From positions 12,028,001 to 12,092,000 of the forward strand of contig NC_086126.1 of assembly GCF_963921235.1 (NCBI RefSeq): a stretch of 64,000 bases of DNA. The letters are read 5' to 3'. A program made the position numbers and the translations under genes. How positions within the stretch are numbered: position 1 is the stretch's first letter; the number at the start of each line of letters is the position of its first letter. Below the pieces are notes generated by a model. The model saw only the letters and a list, made by a program, of their open reading frames with translations, was not told the origin of the DNA and ran no database searches. This document shows, one piece after another, positions 37,561-50,069 of this stretch. This DNA comes from Mobula hypostoma. Lineage: Eukaryota.

Positions 37561-39764
37561 TTTTCAAGCTGAAAACAGAACAGACTGCTCTTACAGAACT
37601 GCCAAACTGAGATACATACAGCATAACAGTTAAAACATGAACCAGGGCATTTACATATATGAAAGGTTTCTCAGGGTTTTTCTGGCCGTAGTCTCTGCCA
37701 TCTTTTCTCAGCTTTACTCTCCTGTGGGTGTTTAAGTACGGAGGGATATGTACAAGGTGAACACACGTAGTCTTTCACCCAGGGTTGGGGGACCGAGAGT
37801 CAGAATGCATAGATTTAAGACCATAAGACATAGGAACAGATCTAGACCATTCGGCCCATGAAATCTGATAACCTTTCCATCATGGCTGAATTATTGCCCC
37901 TCTCAATCCCTTTCTCCTGCCTTCTCCCTGTAACCTTTGACGTCCTTACTAGCCAAGAATTTATCAACCCCAGCTTTAAATATACCCAATGACCCGGCAT
38001 CCAGAGCCACCTGTGGCAATGCATTCCACAGATTCACCACCCTCTGTCTAAAGAAAATCCTTGTCATCTCTGTCCTAAAAAGGCGTCCTTCTAATTCGAG
38101 GCTGTGCCTCTGGTCCTAGACACCCCCACTATAGGAAGCCAACCTCCTCCATATTCACTGTATACATATTCAGTAGATTCCCTCCCCCAACCCCATCCCA
38201 CGTTCTTCTAAACCCCAGTGAGTACAGGGGCAGCGTCCTCAGATAGCTTCTATCTTGAACGGGCCTCTCATACACTGAAACCAGCAAAGCAGCACCAATC
38301 CCACCTCATTCACCACATTCTACCCTTGCACTTCACTTGTCCGCCTGCACTGCACTCTCTCTGTAGCTGTAACGCTTTATTCTGCATTCTCGTTTTGCTT
38401 TGGACTTCACGAGGGTGCAGATGGCCCATCCCTCTCTGCGAACACCTGGCCCCTTCATTGAGGGAGTTCAGCGCACCGAGTCCCTGGGACTTCACTTCAC
38501 GGATGACCTCACCTGGTCCCTGAATATCATCTCCCTGAAGAAGAAGGTTCAGCAGCCCCTCTACTTCCTGAGAAGGTTGAGGCAAGAAAGGTTCAAGTCT
38601 CCACAAAGGACTGTGATAACAGCCGAGAGGATCATAGGGGTCTCCCTACCGTCCATCGAGAGCATTTATCAGGAGCGCTGCGTACGCAGGGCCCTCAGTA
38701 TTATCAAGGATCCCACCCATCCATCCAGCATCCTCTTTGACTTTCTACCATCAGGCAGGAGACTCTGATGCATAAGGACAAGAACGGTCAGGATGGGAAA
38801 CAATTTCTTCCCTCAGTCCATCAGGCTTCTGAACTCCCTGCCGCACCGAATTCGAAGTGTCACCGGGTAATCTGTCCAGTACCTGACAATATTTAAATTC
38901 ATTTGTTTATTTATCCATAAATCATTTGTAGATTTTATCTTTATCTTCATAAGTTTTTGTTTGTTATGTGTACCACTGAGCTTTACACCCTGTTTCGTAG
39001 AAACGTTGTCTTCTTTCTACATATATTGTATTTTTATATACCTTGTATACATGTATACAATTAAATTTCAATAAACTTGAGTTGACTTGACCTTGACTCG
39101 ACCTCCACTCTGCCCAACCTCAATGTACCTATCTGTTGGTGTGATCGGGACGGACGGCGTGTAAGAGGAAAGTTTTTTTTCCCCCCCCCGAACCTCGGCG
39201 CACCTGACAATTATAAACCGATTACCAATCTCATTCAGGGCTCAAGATTACTTCTTGTCAGTCTGCAAAGCTCAACGTCAAAGCACGAAGCAAATTTTGT
39301 TATCAACATGCGCCCTGTTTACGTCCGCCGAGATCCATTTTCTTGCGGGCATTCCCAGTAGAACAACGAACTGCAATAGAATCAGTGTGAAACTGCACGC
39401 AAAGACTGACAAGCAACTAATGTACAAGAGGAGGTAATCTTGGCACATACAGAGAATAAACCTATCATACTAATACAGATGGACAGGCTGACTGACAGAT
39501 ATAAACGAACAACAAAGAAATCAAGATATAAATAATATTGAGGAGCGTGTGTTGTAGAGTCCTTGAAGTTAATCTATAGGTTGTGTTCAGTGATCAGTTC
39601 GGGATTGCAGTGAGTGAAATTAGCCGCTCCGTATATGAGTGGATAAGGAACCGAAATGATTGTAACACCGGATCCCATTTACCAACAAAAATCACAATAA
39701 GCAGAACGAACACTATCAAAGCAAATCATTGATATACAAGCAATCCTAAAAAGCCTTGAGCTGC

Positions 39765-40135
39765 CTCATCTGAGACTCGTTGGGGGAAAATGAGCGAGGC
39801 GGTGCCGCTCGCCAGCCGGGGTACGGTAAACAGTGCCCAGACCGGGAGTCGAACCCGCGCCGCCCGGGTGAAAAGCAGGAGTCTTAACCCCTGGACCACA
39901 TGGAAGCTAGTGAAAGTAATAGCGGAAGTATAAAGGGTTTTGAGGGGCGACTTTCACCCTCTCCTCCACACACCGGTGCCTTCCCCCCGCAAGAACGTAG
40001 CCTTCAGAAACCCCACCTCCCCCCTCATCTGCATCTCCCGCGGCAGCTCCATGTCTCAGAAGGCGCCGAGCAACAGGTCGGCAAAGAAACAAGCCAGGAG
40101 TAGGAGACGGGACGGCTGCAACAGGATCACCCCGC
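39765..40135 (-). pseudogene. Decayed K2P exon 1 copy interrupted by a degenerate tRNA-Glu (39834-39905)
   Basis: ctcctccacacaccggtgcc...ctcatctgcatctcccgcggcagctccatg nearly identical to 48002-48090. Confidence 0.8.
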
Positions 40136-42056
40136 GACCGAAAGGGAGAAGGGGTGTGAGACGGGGAGGATGTGGTGAACGGAGAGAGGGATTTGGTGGA
40201 GGGGCACTCTCCCTCCTCCCCACACCGGAGTACGGAAGTTTCCCTGAGAGAGCAGAGGTTTATAAAGAAGAGAAAATCTGCGGGTGCTGGCAATCCTAGT
40301 AACAGAGACAAAATGCTGGAGGAACTCAGCAGGCCAGGCAGCATCTCTGGAAAAGAGTAAACAGTCGACGATCCGGTCCGAGACCCTTCGGCAGGACTGG
40401 AGGGAAACAAAGATGAGGAGTAGATTTAAAGGGTGGGGGAGGGGAGAGAGAAACACCAGGTGACAGGTGAAACCTGGAATGGGGGTTGGGATAAAGTAAA
40501 GAGCTGGGAAGTTGATTGGTGAAAGAGACAGAAGGCCATGGAAGAAAGAAAGCGTGGGGTGGGGGGCGGGGAGAGGATCCCCAGAGGGAGGCGAAAGCCG
40601 GGCAAGGTGAGAGTGGGAAAAGGGGATGCGAAACGGTGATGGAGGGAGGGGGACATTACCGGAAGAATGAGAAGTCGATGTTCATGCCATCAGGTTGAAG
40701 GCTACCCAGACGGAATATAAGGTGCTGCTTCTCCATCACGACAGCCGAGGAAGCCATGGACTGTCATGTCAGAATGGAAACGGGAAGTGGGAAGTGGAAT
40801 CCATGGAAAATCTGAATGGATGGCATGCAGAACAAAAGATTTTCCTTGTTTCTCCATCGTGTCGGAAACTGAACTCCGACGGACAAGGACGTTCTACTGC
40901 GGGTAGTTAAAACTACTTACGGCTTTATGGCTCGTACTCGAGGACATATGTACAGAAAGGGCCAACCACGTCATTAAGGAGCCCACCCTCCCCGCTCATG
41001 GACTGCTTGTCCCGGTCCTATCGGAGAAGAAAACCACGCGGTATCCACGCCTGGAAACCGTGCCTGGCACGGTCGCACAGCGCCTGCCAGTACCGGCGAC
41101 CCCGGTTCAGTGTGCCTTTACGGAGAGAGCGGAGTGCAGGCAGGCCAGTAACGAGACAGCGCAGTATGCGGGTGACCGAGGTGGGATTGGTGCTGGTTTG
41201 GCGGTTCCGGGGTGTGGGAGGCCCGATCAAGGGTGGGACAGAAGCTGCCCCTGTTGTCTGGTCCTGTACTCACTGGAGTTTAGCAGAACGGGGGGGGGGA
41301 GGGGGAGTAAGGGGGCGGAATTCATTGAAACCTACCGAATATGGATCGAGTGGACGTGGGGAGGGTGTTTCCTACAGTGGGGGAATCTATGACCAGATGG
41401 TGCAGACTTAAAATAGGACCTCTCTGTGGAACAGAAATGAGGAGGAATATCTTTGGCCAGTGGGCAGCGAATGCGTGGAATTTATGGCTCTGGATGTCAG
41501 ATCACTGGGTTTACTTAAAGCGGGAGTCGATAGGTTTTTATTGTTAGGAAGGGCGTTAAAGGTTACGGGGAGAAGGCAGGAGAATGGGGTTGAGAGGGGT
41601 AAATAAACAGCCGTAACGGATGGGCTAGCAGACTTGATGGACCGAACGACCTAATTCCGCTGTTATGTTTTATGGTTTTCTGGCCTTAAATCTGAGCCTT
41701 CTGCCTCTCAGTTCCACAGCCTTGGGTAAAAGGCTCGGCGTGTTCACACTATAAACTGGGTATCCCTTCATACTGATGGACCCACACATGATTAACCAAG
41801 AGTATAGATGCGAAAACAAGACACAGACTACGGCCTAAACAAAAATTCCCGAGTAACTCTGACTGCAGAGTATTTGAGAATAAAGTAGAGGACACGGGTA
41901 CAACATGTCCGGTCTACCAAGTTGTCTACCTGAAGTAATTCCTTTTGCCTGCTCTTGGCCTGTATCGCCCGAAACCTTTCTCCTATCCAAGTGCACAGGT
42001 AAGCAGTAATTTGCCTCTCAAACCCCCTCATGTTTCCTCTGTTATCTTCCACTGTC

Positions 42057-42128
42057 TTCCATGTGGTCCAGCGGTTAGGATTCCTGGTTTTCACCCAGGC
42101 GGCCGGGGTTCGACTCCCGGTATGGAAA
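42057..42128 (+). tRNA. tRNA-Glu (TTC) variant
   Basis: TTCCATGTGGTCCAGCGG...TTC...GGCCGGGGTTCGACTCCCGGTATGGAAA; acceptor stem has compensated changes. Confidence 0.7.
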
Positions 42129-44615
42129 GCAGCCGTTTTCGTGGGCCACTGCTGCTGTACCGCCGGAGGCGCCATGGACTTGCCTCTCAAATCCTGCTCC
42201 CGGCCCCTAGTGGGTGGCAGCGCCGACCGCATTTCCCCCACCGACAGCGAGTCTCAGATGAAGGAGGAGGTGACTTGCTATTTATTACAAGGTTACATGT
42301 ACATTGCGTTTTATGGATTGTCTGTGTCTCTCTATATATTTATCTATCCATCACTTTCCCTCCATGTATCCATTTCTCTACCAGTATTAATCCATCTATT
42401 TATTTATCTGTCTATCTATACATTATGTGCTTATTTATTATCAATTTGTTTATTTATTGGTATGATATGTTTATTTTCTGTATGTGTCAAGTATATCTCC
42501 TTATGTAAGTTAGTTGTGTATCTTTGTGTGTAGCTTCACACTGATTCTACTGTATTTCTTTGTTCTGCTGAGAATGCCCGCAAGAAAGTGAATCTCGGCC
42601 GACAGATACAGGGCGCACTTTGATAACAAAATCTACTTTCTGATTTGAACGTCGAGCTTTGAAGACTGACAATGAGCGATCTTGAACCCTGAATGTGATT
42701 GGTAATCGGTTTATCATTGTCACGCGTGCCGAAGCTCAGGGAGAAACTTTCTCTGACACGCCGCCCGTACCGATCACACCAACACATTGAGGTGGGACGG
42801 AGTTGAAGTCAAGTCAAGTTCATTGTCATTTAACTATATGCATGTATATACCGTATATAACCGTATATTGGATATAGAAACGAGACAACGTTTCTCCGAA
42901 CCAGGGTGTAAAGCAGAGTAGTACACGTAACACACAATAAGGATAAAATCCACAGGAGAATCACACATAAATAACAAACTGAAGTGCATAAATTAAAGCA
43001 ACACACATAAAAGTTGCTGGTGAACGCAGCAGGTCAGGCAGCATCTCTAGGAAGAGGTGCAGTCGACGTTTCGGGCCGAGACCCTGCGTCATAAATTTAA
43101 TATTGTCAGGGTACAGAACAAATTAACCAGTGACACTTCGAATGCGATGCAGCAGGGATTTCAGAAGTCTGACGGCCTGGGGGAAGAAACTGTTTCTCAT
43201 CCTGACCGTTCTTGTCTTTACGCATCGGAGTCTCCTGCCTGATGGTAGAAAGTCAAAGAGGATGCTGGATGGATGGGTGGGATCCTTGATAATACTAAGG
43301 GCCCTGCGTACGCAGTGCTCCTGATAAATGTCCCCGATGGACGGTAGGGAGACCCCTATGATCCTCTCGGCCGTTCTCACAGTCCTTTGTAGAGACTTCC
43401 GGTCCGATGCTCGGCTGCTCCCAGACCAGATGGAGATGCAGTTTGTTAGGACACTCTCCATGGTGCTCCGGTAAAACACAGTTAAGATCTGGGACGGGGT
43501 TGGGAGAGTAGGGTTGGGGTAGAATCTCGTTTGCCTCTATCTTCTTAGGAAATGGAGGCGCTGATGTGCCTTCTTGTTCACGGAGGTGATATTAAGGGAC
43601 CAGGTGAGGTCATCCGTGATGTGAACTCCCGGGAACTTGGTGCGCTTAACTCTCTCAACGGAGGAGCCATGTATTCGCAGAGGGGGGATGGTTTATCTGC
43701 ACCTTCCTGAAGTGCAAAGCAAATGGAGAATGCAGAATAAAGTGTTGCAGCTACAGCGAGAGTGCAGGGCAGGCGGACAAGTGAAGTGCAAGGGTAGAAT
43801 GTGGGTGAATGAGGTGGGACTGGAGGTGGTTTCAGTATATGAGAGGCCGGTTCAGGGGTCTGATAACAGTGGGATAGAAGATGTCCTAGAGAGCTCTGGG
43901 CCTGTACTCACTGGGGTTTAGAAGAACGAGAACGGGGGAGGGGGTGTCTATTGGAAATCTACCGAATATATACACAGTGAATGTGGAGGGGGTTGGCTTC
44001 CTATAGTGGGGGAGTCTAGGACAAGAGGGCTCAGCCTCGGAATAGAAAGACGTCCTTTAAGAATAGAGATGACGATAAATCCTTTAGACAGAAGGCGGCG
44101 AATGTGTGGAATTCATTGCCACAGAGAGCTGTGGAGGTCAAGTCATTGGATATATTTAAAGCGGAGGTCGATTGGTTCTTGATCAGGAAGAGTATCAAAT
44201 GTTAACGTGAGAAGGCCGGAGAATGGGCATGGGGAGTGGTAATAAATCATCCATGAAGGAAAATCTAGCAGATTCGATGGGCCGAATGGCCTATTTGCCC
44301 CTACATCTTATGGTCTTAAAGCTGAGTATTCTAGTTCTCAGTTCCTCAACACGGGGTATAAAAACTATGCGTGTATGTATATATTTCTTGTGTGGGTCTG
44401 GTACTTACAGACGCACGCAAGAATAACCCAGAGTAAATTGACAAAAGACAGAGACTACGGCCAAAAAAAGAATTGAGAAGCCTTTCATAAGGACTTGTAA
44501 TTTTTATTTTAAACATTGTTTTGTTACTTAGCTTGCTGCAGTCACTTATCAACGTCTGTGTGACAAAATTATCTCCCCCAAATTCCCTCGTATCGCGCTC
44601 CGCTGTTTCCGCTTC

Positions 44616-44687
44616 TCCCATATGGTCTGGCGGTTAGGCTTCCTGGTTTTCATCCAGGCGACCCAGGTTCGACTCCCGGTATGGGAA
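44616..44687 (+). tRNA. tRNA-Glu (TTC) variant, probable pseudogene
   Basis: About 5 substitutions including A14>G and a T-stem mismatch. Confidence 0.65.
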
Positions 44688-46613
44688 GCAAATTCTTGGG
44701 GCGACGCCGGCTCAGTTTGTGCGTTCTTCCCGTGACCGCGCGCGTGGTTTCTTCTCGGGTTCGGGTGTGAGTAAGTTGTGTGTCTTTTCGGGCCGAACCC
44801 GGATAAACGGTCTTGTCTTGAAGTTTCGAGTCTTTAGTCCTTCCCTATAAATGCTCCCTGAGCAGCAGCTGAGTTGCTCTGGCGTTTCTCGTGCGTGTTT
44901 TTTCCCCGTTTAGCGGTTTTGTGGACCCTCCATCGCGCCGTGTGACACGGCGGCATTGCGGATGTACCAGCTGGGACTGGGGGCATCTGGAGTCACTCGG
45001 GGCTTGGGCAGCAAGAGAAATGTACATCCCCTTTTCCCCCCTCCCCAACAACTGACCGACTCCGCCCCACGCACAGGCATCTCGCACTCCAACAAGCCAG
45101 AGATGGGCTTCGGTTCAGTAAAGCGCGCAGCGCGCAGGCAGGAATGTGGGTGTATGTGGACACTGGAGCCAAACTTTTTCAATGGCCAAAGGGAGCTGAC
45201 ATTAAGGGACCAGGTGAGGAACTCCTGGGAACTTGGTGCGCTTAACTCTCTCTACGCAGGGGCCGTGGATTCGCAAAGGGGATGGGCTACCTGCATCTTC
45301 CCGAAGTCCAAATCAATGAGAGATCGCAAGTTAAAGTGTTACAGTTACAAAGAAAGTGCAGTGCAGGCCGACAGATAAAGTGCAAGGGTACAAGGTGGGT
45401 GAATGCGGTGGGATTGGTGCTGGTTTGGTGGTTTCAGTGTATGAGAGGCCGGTTCGGGGGTCTGATAACAGTGGGACAAAAGCTGTCCGAGAGGGCCCTG
45501 GGCCTGTAATGGAGTTTAGAAGAATGAGGGGCGAGGAATCTCGTGGAAATATACCGAATACCGGTGGAGTGGACGTGGAGAGGGAAATTCCTATAGTGGG
45601 GGAGTCTAGGACCAGAGGGCACAGCCTCAGAATGGAAGGACGTCCTTTTAGAACAGAGATGAGGAGGAATTTCTTTTGACAGAGGGCAGTGAATCGGTGG
45701 AATTCGTTGCCACAGCCCGCTGCGTGTGTATTTAAAGCGGATTTTCATAGGTTCTGGTTTGGAAAAAAATGTCAAATGTCAATAATCAGAATCAAAATCA
45801 GGTTTATTATCACCAGCGAATGTCGTGAAATGTGTTACCTTAGCAGCAGCAGTTCAGTGCAATACAAATTATAGTAGGAAAAAAATAAATGAGTGAATCA
45901 ATTACATTATACGTATATTGAATAGATTAAAATCGTGTAAAAACAGAATAATATATATTTTGAAAAGTGAGATAGTGTTCTTGGGTTCGATGTCCATTCA
46001 GGAATCGCATGGCAGAGGGGAAGAAGCTGTTCCTGAATTGTTGAGTGTGTGCCTTCAGGCTTCAGTACCTCCTACCTGAAGGTGGTAACAGTGAGAACAT
46101 GTCCTGGGTGTAGGAGGTCTTTTAATGGACGCTGCCTTTCTGAGACACGGCTCCCTGAATATGTCCTGGGTACTTTGTAGGCCAGCAGCCAAGATGGAGC
46201 TGACTAAATTTACAACCCTGTGCAGCTTTTTTTCGACCCTGTGCAGGAGGAGAATGGGGTTGAGAGGGATAATAAATCAGGCGTGATGGGAAGGCTAGCA
46301 GAGTCGATGGGTCGAATGGCCTAGCCCTGCTCATATGCCCCCATGGTCTTAAATCTACGCAGACTGGGTCCCACGTCCTCAATCTTGTGTAAAAGTCTAT
46401 TTGTGTTGACACTGCACATAACCCCCGTACTTGTATACCCACAGGAGAGTAAAGTTGAGAAATCAAGACAGAGACTACGGTCAAAAATAACCTGAGAAAA
46501 CTTCCGTATCCATTTCGAAATTTTTTTTTTAAACTTTGTAATCGAAGTGAACTTCTGTGCGAAAAAGTTGTGTTTGAAATCTCTTTCTATTTGCGTTATT
46601 ACTTTCCAGCGTC

Positions 46614-46685
46614 TCCCATATGGTCTAGCGGTTAGGATTCCTGGTTTTCACCCAGGCGGCCCGGGTTCGACTCCCGGTATGGGAA
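46614..46685 (+). tRNA. TRNAE-UUC: tRNA-Glu (TTC), intact
   Basis: Identical to 1143-1214; T5 terminator at 46693-46697. Confidence 0.97.
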
Positions 46686-47862
46686 GCAAACCTTTTTGGG
46701 CGACTCTGTACTGAGACTCGGGGCCATTTCCATATACGTTCCACGGGTTCCCCAAGTACGGAGGTTGGGGTTATTAAGGTGTGGGCAGGCTCTGTTGTCG
46801 CCGGAAACTAGGTGACACTTTTGCTGCCCGCCAAGTATAATCGATACAAACGACGCACCCTCCTGAATGTTTCGGAGTACATTTGACAAATAAAACTAAT
46901 CTTTAACTCTACGCCCTCGCTGGGAAACCCTCGTGCCCTGGGGACCTGTTGCTTATCTATATGCAATTTTACTACCCTGTCGGTCAGGGCTCCTCTCAGG
47001 CTCATTCACTGGAGGCAAAGCACCCCGGTTCAATTCTGCCACTTCTCATGACTCCAAAACTTCAGACCCTGAAACGACCAATGTTTTCCGCGCCCTCCCC
47101 CACCTAACGCATTCTTAAATGGTTTCTCAGAAGGGATGACTGATTCCTTTAAGACCACAAGACACAGCAGTAGAATCGAGCCGCTCGGCCCATCGGGTCT
47201 GCTCGCCATTCCATTATGGCGGATTTACTATCCCTCTCAAAGCCATTCTCCTGCCCTTCCCCGTAACCTTTAACGGGAATGGTAAAGAAGGCGCGGGGAG
47301 AGAGAGAAAGTTTAGCAAGGGAGAACATAGAAAGACCGGAAGGAGTGAGGTGGGGGAAGAGAGGAGGGGGCGGGGGAAGTGGTCAGGGGAGAAGAAGTAG
47401 ATTGGGAACGGAGAAGATGAGATGGCGAGAGGGAATTGGGGATGGTGGGGAAGGAGCGATTGGGGGAAGGGAGCTAGGGATAAGGAGAGGGGAGGGGAAG
47501 AAGTTTCAGAAGGGAGAATATGGGAAGGGGAAAGGGAGTGGGGGACGAGTGAGGGGAAATGTAGGAGGTGGAGAGTGGGGTAGAGGGACGGGAGAGGCAG
47601 AAAGGATTTGGGGAGAGGTGGGTGCGTGCGAAAGAGGAGAGGGGTTGGGGGAGACGAGAGGTAGTGGGAGAAAAGTTCCGAGATGAAATACACGGTTGGC
47701 TGTACGGAGAGCGGGCCGTGAGCTGGCAAAGGGACGCAGACTGGAGATACGAACATGTGGGTTTGGAGGTAGGAGCAATGAGGGCAGAAGATTCGGGAGT
47801 CTCTCTGTTTGTGGAGGAGTTCGGGGGGAGGGTTTTGGCGGGGGTAGTTGGCGCCCCTTTAC

Positions 47863-48187
47863 CCGTGGTAGTGTGGACGGTGATGACGAAGAAGAAGGAG
47901 GAGGCGAGGTCCCAGTTCCGTTCCTGGGACGCGTTGCCGGTGGGGGAAATGCCGCAGGCGCTGGCGCCCAGCAGCCGCTGCAGGAGCCGCTCCAGTTCCC
48001 CCTCCTCCACACACCGGTGCCCCCGCAGGAACGTTGCCTTCAGAACCGCCATCTCCCGCCTCATCTGCATCTCCCGCGGCAGCTCCATGGCCGGGAAGAC
48101 GAGGGCGCCGAAGAACGCGCAGGCAACGAAACAAGCCACCAGCTTCCAGAAGTAAGAGACGGGACGGCGGCGGCGGAAACCTCCCAT
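47863..48187 (-). CDS. Two-pore-domain K+ channel, TWIK subfamily (KCNK1/6/7-like), first coding exon
   Basis: MGGFRRRR...FFGALVFPAMELP...FLRGHRCV...GNASQERNWDLASSFFFVITVHTTTG|gtaaag: M1 helix, cap with Cys and NAS sequon, P1 helix, phase-1 donor inside TTG-YG. Confidence 0.85.
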
Positions 48188-48720
48188 AACCGGCCTCGGA
48201 TCCTGGCCCCTCAGTCCGGCACCCAAGCTGCAGATCCGGGTAGGATGGCTTCACAAAGGTGGGCGAGATCTTGCCCCACCAGGAGGCAATAGGGATTGTT
48301 GATCTCCGCTGGCTGACATGCCCACCAGAAAGTTTCTCTCTGTGCTTTAAATATAGGTCTTCTCCCTCTCCCGCCATCTCCCCCACCCCGTGTCTGAGAG
48401 ACGTCACAAAGAAACTAAAAAGGTTAGTGTGGGTAGGAGGTGAGAGAGACATGAACACGCGGTCCCGGGTCTGATACCCACTCTGTTCTCTGCCTCTTGA
48501 GTCTTCGGAATGTTGAATGGCCGGATAGAGCGGACATGGAGCGGGTGTTTCTTATAGTGGGGGAGTCTCGGACTGGGGGCACAGCCGCAGAGTAGAGGGA
48601 CGTCCCTTTAAAACAGAGACTGCGAGGAATTTGTTTAGCCAGAAGGCGTTGAGTGGTGGAATTCGTTGCCACAGACGACTGTGGAGGCCAAATCAATGCA
48701 CAAAAATGAGTGCAGTATAT

Positions 48721-49557
48721 TGTGACGGGATCCTGAAAATCCCTATGAACTGTGTGTTTGAAAAGAGGGAGAGAGTTGTACGACACACATACCTTGTTAT
48801 TAAGAGAGAGAGAGAGACGAAGGCTGCTTGGAGATGGTGCTATGGTTTCGCTGCAACGGGTGTTCACACTTCTGCAAGGACATTGTCCGCTTCTGTGTTC
48901 TTACAGAGAGAGAAGGCAGGAGCTACTTGATGGACAGCTGGTGTTCAGCGAGGTGAGATAAACAGGTCAGCTGATAGACAGACGGACACATGGTTTCGGA
49001 CACTGGATAAGCTTTGTTGTGCCCACAGGAAAAGGTGGGTTTCGGAGGATCGATCGGGCAGTTCGATCAGTGGCTCTCGCAGTGTGAAAATGGTGCGACC
49101 GGTGGGGAGTTATTCTTGTGTTCTACCCTCGCCTGGGTTGATAATTCCACCACAGAAGAACGGTCCCCGTTGCTGTGGTCACATTCGGTGACTTTTAAAG
49201 GATTTCGGTGGACAATAGGAAGATCGACAGCGTCAGCTCACCTGAAGACTCAAATCTCTCTCTCTCGCTCTCTCCATCACTACTCAACTCCATACCACGA
49301 ACTGAACTGAACTTAAATCATCATCGTAAGACTGTATCCATTTACCCTTAGGCTTGAAGAAGCCTGGTTTTCATATATTTCCACACACATATATATATAT
49401 ATATATATATAATCTTTGCTAACCTGTTTCAGTATATCTGAATTTATATTACTGTATTGCGTAGTTACTAATAAATACCATTAGTTCATAGCAATACCAG
49501 ACTCCGAAGTGTTTTCTATTTCTGCTGGTTCTTTAACCCGTCACGGGGTACGTGACA
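48721..49557 (+). mobile_element. Solo LTR with ATAT target-site duplication
   Basis: TGTGAC...GTGACA flanked by ATAT on both sides. Confidence 0.8.
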
Positions 49558-50069
49558 ATATGGCCTGCTGAGTTCCTCCCGCATCTTGTGTGTATTTCTT
49601 TCCCGCGTATCGGCCTTGCAATTGTGCCGCAGCAGACCTACCGGCTGGGACTGGGGCATCAGGAGTTCCTGTGGACATCGGCAACAGCAGAGACCACCAC
49701 CCCTCCCCCACAACGACAGACCTGATCCTCCCCCCAAACCCCACCCCACGCACACTTATCTCTCATTCTAACAGGCTGGGGGAAGAACGCCCGTTCGGGG
49801 AGCCGTGCAGACGAGAATGCGGGGGCACACGTGGACACCGCAGCCAAGAAATTGCAACAGCCGCAGTCGGATCAGGAAATTGAAACGTCCTCAATGAGTC
49901 TTACCTATGTTCACAGACGCAGCGTAGAGGGCATTGTATCCAGGCGCATCGCGGCTTGGTACGGCAAACTGCTCTGCCAAGACAGCAAGAGATTGTTCAA
50001 GAGACTGATGAACAAACAGAGTGAAACCAGTCCTTCCCTCCATGGATTGCCTGCACTCCACACACACAC

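Noticed and set aside
41945-42533. Hydrophobic membrane-protein-like ORFs (also 7876-8276)
   Set aside because: They run through a tRNA, a decayed K2P fragment and a TCTA/TTTA microsatellite-derived tract.
44785-44812. Twister-ribozyme-like CCCGGATAAA
   Set aside because: The remaining twister core and pseudoknot pairings are absent.
47474-48226. 250-aa single-exon channel ORF
   Set aside because: Homology ends at TTTG with a GT donor; the rest is intron read-through, and the listed start is not ATG.
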